Positions 1 through 18,844 of a stretch of DNA of 64,000 nt are shown here, one piece after another. This DNA is from the human T2T-CHM13v2.0 reference genome, Homo sapiens, in the NCBI RefSeq assembly GCF_009914755.1, contig NC_060935.1, one strand, 5' to 3'. How positions within the stretch are numbered: the stretch's first letter is position 1; the number at the start of each line of letters is the position of its first letter. The position numbers and the translations under genes are program-made. The notes beneath the pieces were generated by a model that saw nothing but the letters and a program-made list of their open reading frames with translations, ran no database searches and was not told the DNA's origin.

Positions 1-805
1 ATTTACCTGAAAAGGAATTCAGGAGGTTAGTTATTAAGCTAATCAGGGAGGGACCAGAGAAAGGTGAAGCCCAATGCAAGGAAATACAAAAAATGATATT
101 AAGAAGTGAAGGGAGAAATATTCAATGAAATAGATAGCTTAAAAAAAAAACAATAAAAAATTCAGGAATCTTTGGACACACTTTTAGAAATGAAAAATGC
201 TCTGGAAAGTCTCAGCAATAGAATTGAACAAGTAGAAGAAAGAAATTCAGAGCTTGAAGACAATGTCTTCGAATTAACCCAATCCAACAAAGATAAAGAA
301 AAAAGAATAAGAAAATATGAATAAAACTTCCAAGAAGACTGGGAGTATGTTAAATGAAAAAAACCTAAGAATAATCAGTGTTCCTGAGGAAGAAGAGAAT
401 TCTAAAAGCTCAGAAAACATATTTGGGGAAAACTTCCCTGGCCTAGCTAGAGAACTAGACATCCAAATACAAGAAGCACAAAGAACACTTGGGAAATTTA
501 TTACAAAAAGATGTTTGCCTAGGCACACTGTCATCAGATTACCCAAAGTTGAGATGAAGGAAAGAATCTTAAGAGCTGTGACACAGAGGCACCAGGTAAC
601 CTATAAAGGAAAATCTATCAGATGAACAGCAGATTTCTCAGCATAAACCCTGCAAGCTAGACGGGATTGGGGCCCTATCTTCACCCTTCTCAAACAAAAC
701 AATTATCAGCCAAGAATTTTGTATCCAGCAAAACTAAGCATCACATATGAAGGAAAGATACAGTTGTTTTCAGACAAACAAATGCTGAATGAATTCGCCA
801 TTACC
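1..805 (+). pseudogene. L1 ORF1p remnant (frameshifts/stops, C-terminus missing)
   Basis: ORF 317-625 NLRIISVPEEEE...ENFPGLARELDIQIQEAQRT...PRHTVIRL...KERILRA...VTYKGKSIR resembles L1 ORF1p. Confidence 0.9.
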
Positions 806-889
806 ATTTGCCTATAAAACAAAAATACAAGCTAAAAAGCAAAAAAAAAAAAAAACAAAAAGCAAAGTACACAGGCAACAAAGAACACA

Positions 890-4760
<3,871 letters not shown>

Positions 4761-6557
4761 GCTATGAGGACACAAAGGCATAAAAATGATACAGTGGACT
4801 TTGGGGACTTGGGGGGAAGAGTGGAAGCGGGGATGAAGGATAAAAGACTACAAATATGGTGCAGTGTATACTGCTCAAGTGATGGGTGCAGCAAAATCTC
4901 ACAAATACCACTAAAAAATTTACTCATGTAACCAAATACAACCTGTACCCCAATAACTTAAGGAAAAAATTTTAAAAATTACATTTATCTGTGACTATAG
5001 TTTCAGTTTAATAATTATGGTATGCAATTGGGTCTTTAGTCCCTAAGAACAAAACAAATTTTAGGATTTGATATTCTAAAACCAAAAGTTTATTTTAAAA
5101 TAGCATTATTAGAGCTTAAAACATACTTATCAAAAAAAAAAAAAAAATAGATTCCCTGGCATGTGAAATTTGGCAAGGATGAAGAGAGGGGCTGTTGCTC
5201 TCTGGCTCTGGATTAGAACATTTGTACATCAGAAAGATTTTTAATGTGATCCATCAAAGTGCCCACTCTTTAGGAATACAGGTATCCAACCTAATATCCA
5301 TTAGCAAATGAAAACATGTTTCAGATGTTTAAACTGACATTTGATTCTAGTCTTATGTTGGGTTTGTTTAAATGAATGCTACTGTCTTCATCATGAAACT
5401 CATATCAAATCAATTGTGGATTAATAGTAGGAAAAGAGTATCAGAAAAACAAAACAAAATGAAATGAAACTTCCTGGTTGATTAAAATTCATTTCTTTAT
5501 TCACTCATGATTTTTTTCTTATCTTAAAATAATCTAAATCTTATTGAGCATGATAGGATTAAGTGGGAATTGGACAGATAGTGGAGTTGGGGATGGATTG
5601 TAATTATACTACACTGCGAAAAAGCAAAGTGCACATTTCTACGTATAGGGAAAATCCTCTTGCAGATGAAAATTTGGTCGTTGTTTTTTTTGTACTCCAA
5701 AGAGTCTAAAATATTTCTCCCATTGTTAACTGCTTGGAGAATCCTTATCAGGACAGAAGTTTCAGATGGCGAAGATAATTTTCAAATTGGAGTTAGAGAA
5801 GCCATTCCCAGGTTAATGAGCACAGAGCAGCAGGCATTTTGAAGGGTTTATTTGGAGAAAGGAAACGTCTGCAGAAATCAAGTGATTAAGATGTGATACT
5901 CAAAGCGAACTCTCAGCGATCTCATTAGCAGAGACTAAGAATAGTCTAAAAATGCAATAAGAGCCCTTATACAAGGTCACAAACATCCCAGTGCAGGCCA
6001 GCTGTGTGGGACCCACTGAAGAGAAACATGAGGAAACTGATTATACCAGATTAAGAAATCTTCCTTAGAAAAGGTGAGAGATTCTTCCCACTTACTAAGG
6101 GAGGACGAGCTAGAAATATATGAAAATCCCATTGCATAGTATTCATAGTTCTCCAGATGTGCTTATGCATATTAAAATACATATACTTTTATTCCATAAT
6201 GTAGTTTTAATCATTCTAAATTAATTTGAATCACTTCCGTACAAATACTACTTTCTCACACATCTTTCTTCACAAATTTCCCTAAAAAGTCCTCCTACTC
6301 AACTGCAGACTGTCACTTTTACCTCCTTTCCCTGAAATTACATTATATGTTTATTTGTTTCCTTTTAAAACTATATGCCTGCTATCAAAATAATGGAAGC
6401 TTCATGGGTGGAAGGATACTATATAACTTGTTCATTATCTCATTTCTCAAGCCTAGAATAATATTTGGCATGTAAGTTTCTAAAACATTTATTGAATAAA
6501 AGAATAAAGAACCCTGTTTAATTTTCATAAAATCATTGTTGAGACTACACCTCTACG

Positions 6558-7745
6558 TGTTATTACATGAATAACAGAATGTTGAAATGAAAGTTTTGGC
6601 CAGGGAACCAAGACACAGTGGATAGTACACTGGAAAGGTGGTATGCATTTACAATGGAGGTGGTCATCCGTGGTTGTTCATAACCTCTTAACACAACAAA
6701 GGCAAAAATGGACCAGAGAAGAGTTGCGAAGATTTTTTTTTTTTTGGACAGAGTTTTACTATGAGTCCCACTTTTAAGTGAAGTTGTGGGTGGTATTACA
6801 TCCTGACTCTCAATTTTGTAGAGAGTAGCTTCAAGATGATTATTAGATTTTTGAGCAACTGTCAGTGGGTTGTGACTTACTATCTTCAACTCCAAGGGGA
6901 AGGAGAATTGCAGAAGGATCCGGTACCTCATCACAAGACTAAAGATGGTTAAATATAAGGGACTCAGAAGGCTGGTGTCTAAATTTCATCTGAAAAATTT
7001 CGAGGGCATGAGAACAGATGTTGATCATATATACAAAGGTGTCAACAAGAAAGCCATGAAGATATATAAGATCCTGTACAAGAGCATTGCCTGCAGAAGT
7101 CAACAGCTTACTAGAGGGAATCTGAAAGTATTTCCAAATGCTTAGGAACTGAAAAAGGAGTAAGTGATGTGTCAGCAATATGCCATCACTCTCATCAAGG
7201 CAAATTTATAGACGAGCGAAAGGGCAGGGGTGGGTCATGAAAGAACACATTAAAATCATCATTAAAAAGTCAGTTTCAAATGTCTGCCAGATCCAAAGAT
7301 TATGTTGTCAACTGAAGATGGTAACTATCAAGTGCAAGCTATTCTCCTTACTTCTCACCTATTTTCCCTAACCATGATGCAGCAAAGGAGAGTCAGAACT
7401 AGGGGTAGGCAGATAGAAGAAGAGGAGGAATAGAAGACTATGTGACAACATAGAGAAGAAACCAGCCACGTCCATGCCTCAGTCTGCGACTTCAGGCTTC
7501 CCACCCAAAATTGAGCCTGTGTTGGGAAAGGCAGGAATCTTAATATCAGTTAAAAGTCTTGAATATCCTATAACCAGATTATTTAAATTATTGACCATGG
7601 GGCTTCATGTTACCTAAATATTTCCAGAAAGTTTTCATCTAGGAACAGAAGTAAAACTTGGTTTATGAATAAGTTTTAGTAGGAGAAAAAAATGAAATCT
7701 CTTTACAATTACATCCCAGAATTTGCCAAGTTCAATATCACGACT
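6558..7745 (+). mobile_element. Ancient Gypsy-type LTR (MamGypLTR-like)
   Basis: 5' 'ttttggccagggaaccaagacacagtggatagtacactggaaaggtg' and 3' 'gacttcaggcttccc...ttcatctaggaacagaag...caagttcaatatc' resemble MamGypLTR consensus as recalled. Confidence 0.5.
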
Positions 7746-8025
7746 AAAATAATTTTACAGAGTTTTTAATTGCAGGTAAGAACCCCTCTCAAATATTAAC
7801 CTTATTTCTCTCTGGCCATGCTTTACATTTTGTTAATGATTGATAATGAGGAGGCAGTTAAATAAAATGTTTACTTGAGACTAGGCCTCCCAAATGTATA
7901 CACAAATTATTTTTTAAATCAGCAACAAATAATTCTCAATGTGTAAATATTTTTAAAGTATCTGGTATTTCTAAAATAGCTCATGAAAGAAAAATACATT
8001 TAGGAGTTATTTGAAAATTAGAGGA

Positions 8026-8326
8026 GGCCGGGCACGGTCGCTCATGCCTGTGATCCTAGCACTTTGGGAGGCCGAGGCGGGCAGACTGCCTGAGCTCAGG
8101 AGTTCAAGACCAGCCTGGGCAACACGGTAAGACCCCGTCTCTACTAAAATACAAAAACTTAGCCTGGCATGGCAGTGTTGTGCCTGTAGTCCTAACTACT
8201 CGGGAGGCTAGGGCAGGAGAATTGCTTGAACCCGGGAGGTGGAGGTTGCACAGTGAGCCGAGATCGCGCCACTGCACTTCAGCCTGGGCAACAGAGCGAG
8301 ACTCCTTCTCCGAAAAAAATTAAAAA
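8026..8326 (+). mobile_element. AluS
   Basis: Full dimer; TSD gaaaattagagg at 8013-8024 and 8327-8338. Confidence 0.96.
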
Positions 8327-8456
8327 GAAAATTAGAGGCAATAAGTCCTGTCATATAATCTAGGAAAGTGTATAAATCTGTGCTGAACAATTTACAGAAT
8401 CTAGGAGAATGAAACACAGTGGTTGTGTCTGTGTGTGTAGTTGAGAAGGGGTAACG

Positions 8457-8601
8457 TCTTAGTCCATTTGTGCTGCTATAACACAATTCCTGAGTCTGGG
8501 TAATGCATAAATAATAAAATTTATTTCTCACAGTCCTGGAGGCTGAGAAGTCAAAGATCAAGTTACCAGCAAGTTCAGTGTCTAGTGAGGGCCCAGTCTC
8601 T
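8457..8601 (-). mobile_element. MST-family (ERVL-MaLR) LTR 3' fragment
   Basis: gtcttagtccatttgtgctgctataac...atttatttctcacagtcctggaggctgagaagtcaaagatcaag. Confidence 0.85.
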
Positions 8602-10282
8602 TTAAATATTCATGAATAAGTACAAGCAGGCAGTGGGTTGTATTCATAGTTCCAACGATTCAACTTCTTACTCATTATCATCATCTTTTCATTGTCTGGA
8701 AAACTGGTTCCAGAAGAAAAAAAAAAAAAGACTGACCGTTATAACAAGCCAGACATCATTTCCGGTGCCAGCTTTGTTGTCTCTCCACAGGGACTTAGTC
8801 TGCTTGACCTTCATTAGCTCATAGGCATCACAGCTGCAAACGCTCAAACATTTTGGCATTTTTCTTTGGTGCAAAGGTTAAATAAAAATGGATTTTAATA
8901 ATTTTGACACAGAATTAGAGAAAGAGATATAGATGAAACAGATAAATAAATAAATTGCTTCCTCTAGACCCTGGGTAAGAGAACAAGCAAGCACCTGTTT
9001 GCCTCTCACCCAGGGTGAGAGAAGAAGAAAGCACCTCTCTTGATGACTGAGATTTCTGCCATGACTCTGGAATTTGGGAGATCACTCTGCAACTTTTCTT
9101 TCACTTGTATAGTACTCTCCACCTCCCCGTTAGATGGTAAGGTACATAAAGAAATCTGCAAATGTTTCGTCGCTTTGTAGCTCAGTGTTCATCCGCTTGT
9201 TTCCTTGTTTTGTTGTTGTGTTTATTAGGGCCAAGTACTATAACAAACTTTACGTAAGGTATGTGATTTGTATCCTCCCAGATGCTAAGGAAATGGTAAC
9301 TTAATAAGGTTTAATAACTCAGTCAAAGTTAGCATAGTTGATAAGTAGCAAAGCCAAGTTTCTTATTCAGGCTGTCCAAATACAACAATGAGGCACTTTA
9401 ACTTGTACTTCTAAGCACCTGTTTAGTGATCATTTTCATGAGATAGGATTTAACTCTCAACTCTCAGCCTTTCTGGATGGAATGTTCTCATTTGCCATCT
9501 CACCTCATCTATAAGCTTCATTATCCCTCTAACCACCTCTACTACATATCTCTTTTGTCTCTTATCTTCTATTATAGTTTTGTTAAAGGGCAGCAACCAT
9601 ATTGCACCTAGTCTTGATTAAGCAGGCATGCCATTTGTCACAGAGCCAAGCAAGAAAATTCCTCATAGTGGTCCCCTTAAGCCATTGCTTGGAACGTTTC
9701 CCAGAAAGCACAGTGCATCCTATCCATACCCTATCCACCATACCGTGTGTAAGAACATTAATATCCATTAAAAGTTTCTGATAAATTTTCAATCAAATTT
9801 TTAATACAGCCCAGAGAGAAAGATAGTTTCACATTATCTTGAAGGTTTGATCTTAGTAAAGATTGCCTGTCTTTCAGAGGGTTTAGAACAAAGTATGCTG
9901 CATTTCAAAAGAAGTCACCACCTCCTTCAATGTCTGAATGACAGTAAGGTAATAAAACTCTCCCTTACAGGAATCACCGGGTTGCAAAATATCTAGACTA
10001 TGAAGACATTTGCTGGCAAGGTATCAAGTGTGTAAATGGAACCATGGCTGATTTTAATTTTATGATGGAATGTGAAACTAAAAATAATTATTTATATATA
10101 TTTGTGTATATGTATGAGTATGTATATATTCTGAATTGCAATATATTGTTATGTATGAATTGGACTATAAGCTGCTTCTAGAGTCAGTCTATCCTATGAA
10201 TAGAAATTGATTATAATAACATAATAGCAAGTATGGTACCTGGTTAGAAATACCACATGAAAGAGAATTCCCAAGCTAAGTA

Positions 10283-10765
10283 CAGTAGGCAGAATTCTAA
10301 GATGACCCTGAGCCACACCCTTATATAATCCTCCCACTGAGTATGAATAGGATTTATAACTTGCTTTTGCAAAAGCAAGTTATAAGGATTTATAACTTGC
10401 TTTTTTTTGCTTTTGCAAAAAATTGCAAAAGTGGTGGGATTATAATTTGTTTCTATAACATAAACAAATATAAACTCCCTTGATTGGGTTGCATTACACA
10501 GCAAAGATGATGGGAAGTTGCACATATGATAAAATAATTTTTATATAAGACTATGTTAGCACATTGTAGCAAGAGATTCTCCTGCTGGCTTTGAAAAACT
10601 TAGCTTCCATGTGGTTGTGAGAGGGTCATGTGTCAAAGAACTCTGAGTATCCTCTAAGAGCTGAGTATGTGGCCTGACAGCCAGCAAAAAAGCTAGGACC
10701 TCAGTCTTAAGCCATCAGGAACTGAATTCTGCCAATAATTACTTAAGCTTAACACAAGAATGTCC
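10283..10765 (+). mobile_element. MLT1E-like (ERVL-MaLR) LTR
   Basis: gtaggcagaattctaagatgaccc...gagattctcctgctggctttgaa...gacagccagcaaaaaagctaggacctcagtc...aactgaattctgccaa. Confidence 0.8.
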
Positions 10766-10787
10766 AGTAGATGCTGTTAAGAAGCTC

Positions 10788-11450
10788 ATCAATGGATGAA
10801 TGAATTTTTTAAATGTGGGAAACATACACAATGGAATATTATCCAGCCATAAAAGAGAATATCGGCTCACTGCAACCTCCACCTCACGGGTTCAAGTGAT
10901 TCTCCTGCCTCAGCTTCCAAGAATAGCTGGGATTACAGGCATGCACCACTATGCCCGGCTAATTTTTTGTATTTTTAGTAGAGATGGGGCTTCACTATGT
11001 TGGCCAGGCTGGTCTCCTGACCTCAGGTGATCTGCCCACCTCAGCCTCCCAATGTGCAGGGATTACAGGTGTGAGCCACCGTGCCCAGCCAAATCCTGTC
11101 ATTTGCAGCAACATAAATGGAACTGGATATCACTGTGACTAACACTTAGACAGCACTAGAAAGACAAATATTCCATGTTCTTTCTAATATGTAAGAGATA
11201 AGAAAGTTAATCTCATGGAGGTAGAGAGTAGAATGATAGATACCAGAGGCAGGGAAGGGGGTCGGGGACGATTCTATATTTCAAAATAGCTAAAAGAGAA
11301 GATGTGAAATGTTCCCAATACAAATAAGTGAAAAATGTTTGAGGTGATGGAAATCCTAAATACCCTGATTTGATCATTACACCATGTATGCATGTATCAA
11401 TATATCATATGCACCCCATAAATTGGTACAATTATTATGTATCAATAGAG
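10788..11450 (+). mobile_element. L1MA-type 3' end, split by an Alu, with internal deletion near 11268
   Basis: caatggaatattatccagccataaaagagaat | aaatcctgtcatttgcagcaac...taccctgatttgatcattacac...caccccataaat...tatgtatcaata. Confidence 0.88.
10862..11090 (-). mobile_element. AluS lacking its 3' end and poly(A) tail
   Basis: Starts tcggctcactgcaacctcc with no preceding poly-T; ends gtgagccaccgtgcccagcc. Confidence 0.93.
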
Positions 11451-11689
11451 TTTATTTAAACAGAAGTTTAAAATTGACATCCATCTGGTAACTAAGCTCA
11501 GGACATGTTACCAAATTGAAGTATAATTGCTTTTATCCAGGAATCTTAAAAATGTAAAAATAAAATCTCAGGATAATTATACAGATTGGTATTTATTGAA
11601 GAACCATGGGTCATATGAATATATCCTCAAGGAACTTAATTATCTTGACAAAAGCATGATAGCATATGAAACAAATATGACATACAACT

Positions 11690-11972
11690 AGGTGTATAAT
11701 TGTATTTGTGTGTATTTATCTTGCTTTGTGTTTGCATATGTCTGCACGTGTCTCTATTTTTATAAGTGTGTATACACATATATGTATATATATTCGCATG
11801 TCTGTATCTATATGTATCCGTTTCTATGTCTCTGTGTATCTGAGAATTTGTGTGTGTGCCTTTGTATTTGTTTTTATATGTGTATGTGTGTTGTGGGAGT
11901 TTGTGTGTGCATCTATATGAGTGGCAGAGTGTGTGTATGTGTCTATGTTTATGCGTCTGTTTGTCTGTGTGT
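11690..11972. repeat. Degenerate (TG/TA)n low-complexity tract
   Basis: tgtatttgtgtgtat...gtgtgtgtatgtgtctatg. Confidence 0.9.
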
Positions 11973-12094
11973 ACAAAAGGCTTGAAGGAGATGAAGAAAA
12001 CACAAATTATCCTCTTCAAAGGCTTTTATAAAAATTAGTGAGGAGTAGAGAGAAAAACACAATACAGAAAAACAACGACAAAAAATCCACTGAT

Positions 12095-12200
12095 TTTGGA
12101 CTCTGCAATCTGGTTTTAGTTCTAATTCTGTGATATGTTAGTTCTGTGACTTTGGTAACCTGCTTCAGTTCTGAGTCTTAATTTTCCCTATATAAAATGA
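12095..12200 (+). mobile_element. MIR fragment
   Basis: ctgtgactttggtaacctgcttcagttctgagtcttaattttccctatataaaatga. Confidence 0.6.
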
Positions 12201-12204
12201 ATTA

Positions 12205-13150
<946 letters not shown>

Positions 13151-13257
13151 TAATTTTTTAAAGCCTCACATAGTATCAGGCAACTATGATGATCGAATAG
13201 GAGAATGCATTTAGACATGATTTAAACAAGCTCATCACTGCAGCTCTTTAAAAAAAA

Positions 13258-13485
13258 ATAGTTGTCAAACTCTGGGTAATGACTACTAGTTGGTCATGTA
13301 ATCAATTTATAGATTGTAACCTGTATTAAATAAAATGAAAAAGACTAGAACAGAAAATATTGGAGTGCATTATATACTGTATACTGTTTTGTGATATAAA
13401 CATCCATATATATGTTTATATGGGTAGAGATGTAACATGTACATTTTATTCTGAGTCACAGTTAAAAGGAGTCAAAATTATTGCT
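13258..13485 (+). mobile_element. hAT-Charlie MITE (MER119-like)
   Basis: caaactctgggt...ggtcatgtaatcaattta...gaacagaaaatattggagtgcat...gatgtaacatgta. Confidence 0.55.
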
Positions 13486-14008
13486 TTAAGGGGCCCATGA
13501 TATAAGTTCATAAAGCCTGTGTCTAAATTATGACTCCCCGTGTCTAGATTATGACCAGCATTGATTCTACATTAGTTAAGTGAAAGGCATTTTAATAAGG
13601 GAATCCCGGAGTACAATTAAAGCACTTCCAATGTATATTATGAGTAATCCTGACCGTTGGCCTTATCACTCCTGGACATTTGCCAGAAGACCTAGGACTT
13701 TCCACACTGTGTAGCCTAGAATTCTGCAAATTGCTTCCACCATACAAAAAGCTTAGGTTGTCCAAAATTGGAGTTTCTTGAAAATACATAGCCTCTGTTT
13801 CGACCACTTTTCTTGGTAACCTTGTAGCAGATGTAGTGAGTGGTAGCTCTGTGTACCAGTGAAGATGCAGAATGGAAAATATTGTTCATTTGCATAGTCT
13901 CAAAATAATGGGATGAAGATAGTAATTAATAGCTATATTTATACCCCTTGATTTAATTAACTCCAGCTAAGATGTTTGTAATCATGTGATTTTATGTTTG
14001 GGTAAATG

Positions 14009-14999
<991 letters not shown>

Positions 15000-17447
15000 A
15001 GTCAATGAATCCACTTCACATCTGTGTGGATTGGTCACATTAAATAGAAGAAAAGAAACCTGAAAAATCTCCACAGTATGCAAGAGGCTTCCTTTGAGCT
15101 GACTGAAGCTAGCAGCACAGAGCACAAAGGCTCCCTGCCTTTATCTCAGCCACATGGTCCTGCTTTATGAAGGGTCAGATGGGGAAGAGAAACCTCACAT
15201 CAGAGTTAATGATCACAGTCCTGCTTTGCTAATTAATGCCACTGACTCATGTGGTGTGAAAACACAACTTAAAAGGCTCCACACCAGCTGAGAAATCTGG
15301 GCTGGCAGAGGAAAGTAACAGGAAATCCTTTACATAACTAAGAATCAAGGAGAATCTTTCATTTTCTGTTAATCATATCTTTTAAATCTATAATTTCTGA
15401 GTAGGGCAGGTAGGCAAAAATCAAATCAGTGCTGCCCCAACACACTGGTTCCATTTTAATGAAAAGCCATCGCCTTCATGTTTCCTCTTATAAGGGAATA
15501 GACTAGAGTCACCCCATGTCCCAGTCTTTACTTTAGTTTTTTTTTCCTTCTAATTATTGCATAAGCAATTCTAACCCTTGAGTTTTATAAAATAACTTTG
15601 CAACGGAGCATTTTAACTCATGATTGCTTTAAAAACGAATGAGTATGCACTCTCATTGACATATAAATTCATAAACATACATGCATGTATATGAGGTTCT
15701 AAGAATATATATTATTGAGACTTATTTTTCTGGGATACGGTAAGCTTTAAATAGGAACCTAGTATTCTGAAGGAGTTCATGGATCCTGTTAACTAGTTCA
15801 TTTGCCAGTCACAGTGTGGACAATTCTTTCTATAGAAAATAATTTCAACATTATTCTATCAGGGTGAAATTCTGGACCAGGGAAGGATGCAAGACACTCA
15901 TACATGTGTATATATTATTTTAAAACTCAGCCCAGGGGTTCAATTCTTATAGCATGTGAAATTTTTGAGGTATAAATATTTTTGGGGTAGAGAGTGAGTC
16001 AATCTCAGGGTATCAAGATAACTTGAGACAAATTTATGTAATTACTTAGCAAGTTTTCACCATAACACATTTTATATTTTAGTAGGTATATAAATATGAG
16101 TATAGTACAACTATATATATGCACAGATTTGCAATATAATACTTTGATTTCATAACACCTGCTCAAAATGCTATGTTTATTGTTGGGAAAGACAAGGCAC
16201 ATGCCTGTCAGTTGAGATTTCATTTCCATTTTCATTGTAAAGGGTTGTAAGCTATGATCTATTCTAGATCTTACTCCATAACCCTCGTACCAAGTCTAGT
16301 ATTCCACTTAAAAAAAGAGAGATAGAAAATGCAACATCACTTTTACAATTCACAATTCACACGATTTCTTATTAGCACTAATTATATATAAGGGTAGGTC
16401 ATTTTGTCTGAAGCCAACCCCTAACATTAATTATTGCTGTATTACTAGAATGCTAATTTGGGAAGTTTTCAATTGGTCTTCCTTTTGCAAACACAAGATA
16501 AAGCTAGGCTTTTAGTTACGAGACAGGTTTAATTTCTTTTGAGTAAAGGGAACAATGGTAGTACTAGCTTGGCTTTACAATAATATATAGTGATCCCAGA
16601 TAAAGCACAAATTTGTGATGTTATTAAAACACAGAGTTCTATTTTAACTGTGGGTGATAATAGTACTAGAATGTTACAAAAAGGGAGTGTGCATGTGAGT
16701 GGGATTCTGCATATGAATATTTGTGTATATTTTTCTATAACCCAATACACACATATGAATGGTTAAAAGAACATAAAAGCATTTTACCTAATGACTCATC
16801 ACCCACTCCCTGCTTTGTTCTAGTGTAGTCAGAGTTGCACATTAACTTGGATGCTAACTATGCTCCCGTGGTAAACAAAAAGGCAGAGAACCTTGTGCAT
16901 CCAAGGAGGTCCTGTAAAGGGCTCACTCGGTGAAAACATCTGCAGTGCCTATTTTAAATCAAGGCCTCCAAATTACATCTTTGGTGAAAGTAAGATACTC
17001 ACTGCACAGTGAATGAAGGGGCATGTGCCTCACAGTGACGCTACATTAAGAGAGAAAGAGAGAAAAAAAAAATCTAGAAATAACCAGAGAGGGAAGAAAA
17101 AGATAATAAAAGAGAGTGAGATGGAGAATGGAAGACATTCACAAATATCTCTAGGGTACAACAAAAAGAATGCTAATGTCTTGCTCAAATCTTGAGAAAT
17201 CCAAGGATTGTAAAATCTTTTTGTAGCCAAAACATTAGGAATCCAAGGTAGGAGAAAGGAGACATTCTAACTTCATCAGGTGAGAGTTTACCTGTGAATT
17301 TACACTTCTGCCTTTAGAAATCTCAGGCTTACCTCATCCTTCCAACACATGAGCAAGAAATAAAGTGAGAATATTTCTCTTTACAATGCATTAGATCTAA
17401 TCCAAAGAGAATGCCTGTGATTACAAACTTTTGGGAGACTACACGTT

Positions 17448-17611
17448 AAAGTAGCACTTCTCAGAGCCTTTTACACGCTAATAAATTCTACCAGTGTTTA
17501 AGATGGGAAGGCATATAATATGTAGCGAGGAAGTAGATCAAGGCTCCCTTTATCCAGAGCATTTACAGTGAGGGAAATTATGCTTCCTAAAACCAATTTT
17601 GGAAAAGGCTG
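17448..17611. mobile_element. Possible old hAT-Charlie MITE fragment
   Basis: tagcacttctcagagccttttacacgctaa...caattttggaaaaggctg. Confidence 0.35.
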
Positions 17612-18424
17612 AATTAGACTTTTCAGTTAAGAAACGTAACAATACCTTATATTAAAAAGAACAGACCATTATACAAGCTAAAAAATGGAAAAAAATGAAA
17701 AACTCATAAAAAAAGGTATTTCAAGGATTGCTTTAGGAATTTTTTATTGTTTGGTAGTTTCATAATGATTTTAACAATCAAACTTGGTAAGAAACTTATT
17801 TCTACAGTCTTGATATTTGTTCTTTCTGCATGTGGTTATCTTTTACTGAATGCATAACATAAAATCACGCTTCAGCATTAAACTTGGCTTTACAAGATTA
17901 AGATATTAGAATGTGGAAAAGGAGGCAAAAATTTATGAACAAAAACCCTAGCAATAACTGGAACCATCTAGAAACCCCTGTAGATAGGGCAGGATTGTTT
18001 GCTAAATATACTAATTAAATGAGGCAATGTATTAAAATGGTTTACATTGTGTTTGGCACCCAATCAACACCCAATATTAGTAAAAATTTTCATGTGTTAT
18101 TGATATTCTTATGTCGTATACCACATAAAAAAGGGGTCTTTATAAGCATAGAAATGATCTCCTAGAAATAAAGAGAGGAAACTAACAGGTAATCTCCTAG
18201 GCTGATTCATACACTATATGCGGCAGAAGGAGCTTGTGCTTAATCTAATTTAATCCGACCCCCCCAACCGATCTAATTTAATCTAATCAGCTGAAGTAGG
18301 TTGCTATTCGTTATAGTATAATTTAGCCAAGGTTACCAGTGGTCCTACACAGACTTTGTCAAAATTATCTTTCCGTACCACCATGCAGCAAAACGTTGGC
18401 CTGAAAGTCTGTTTCCCCACATGA

Positions 18425-18837
18425 TCATTCCTCTTATGAATATATTAGTGCTTTATAAAAGCGACTTGGGAGGCTGAAGCAGGAGAATTGAACTCAGGAG
18501 GTGGAGGTTGCCGTAAGCTGAGATTGCACCACTGCACTCCGGCCTGGGCAACAGAGTTAGACTCCGTCTCCAAACAAAAAAAAGGACTGAAAGGAGTCCG
18601 TTTGCTTTCTTCTGCTTTTTAGCCATGTGAGGACATAATGTTTCTTCACTTTTTTGCTCTTCTGTCGTTTGAGAAAACCTAGATGGCACCATCTATTGCC
18701 ATCTATCAGGAATAGTCCTCACCAGACACAACTTGATCTTGGAATTCCCAGTCTCCAGAACTGTGAGAACATTCTGTTATTTATAAATCACCCAGTCTTA
18801 GGTTATTTTGTTATAGTAGCACAAATGGACTAAGACA
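18425..18837 (+). mobile_element. MST/MLT1A-type MaLR LTR (3' part) with Alu insertion
   Basis: gccatgtgaggaca...cctcaccagacac...cagtctccagaactgtgaga...ttataaatcacccagtc...atggactaagaca. Confidence 0.88.
18467..18583 (+). mobile_element. Alu right-arm fragment (5'-truncated)
   Basis: gggaggctgaagcaggagaat...gactccgtctccaaacaaaaaaaa; approximate TSD aaaagcgact/aaaaggact. Confidence 0.9.
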
Positions 18838-18844
18838 TACACTA

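Noticed and set aside
5132-5147. A16 tract 150 bp after the L1PB end as a possible second 3' transduction
   Set aside because: No AATAAA/ATTAAA upstream, and the 5' TSD lies outside the window, so it cannot be tested
6563-7371. Cluster of ORFs suggesting a processed pseudogene
   Set aside because: No recognisable protein motif, poly(A) or TSD; better explained as an old LTR
11636-12038. Several overlapping ORFs of 62-127 aa
   Set aside because: Translations of a degenerate TG/TA repeat (C/V/Y or H/T-rich)
13518-13556. Short tandem duplications (also 32101, 57663)
   Set aside because: Ordinary slippage duplications of 9-21 bp
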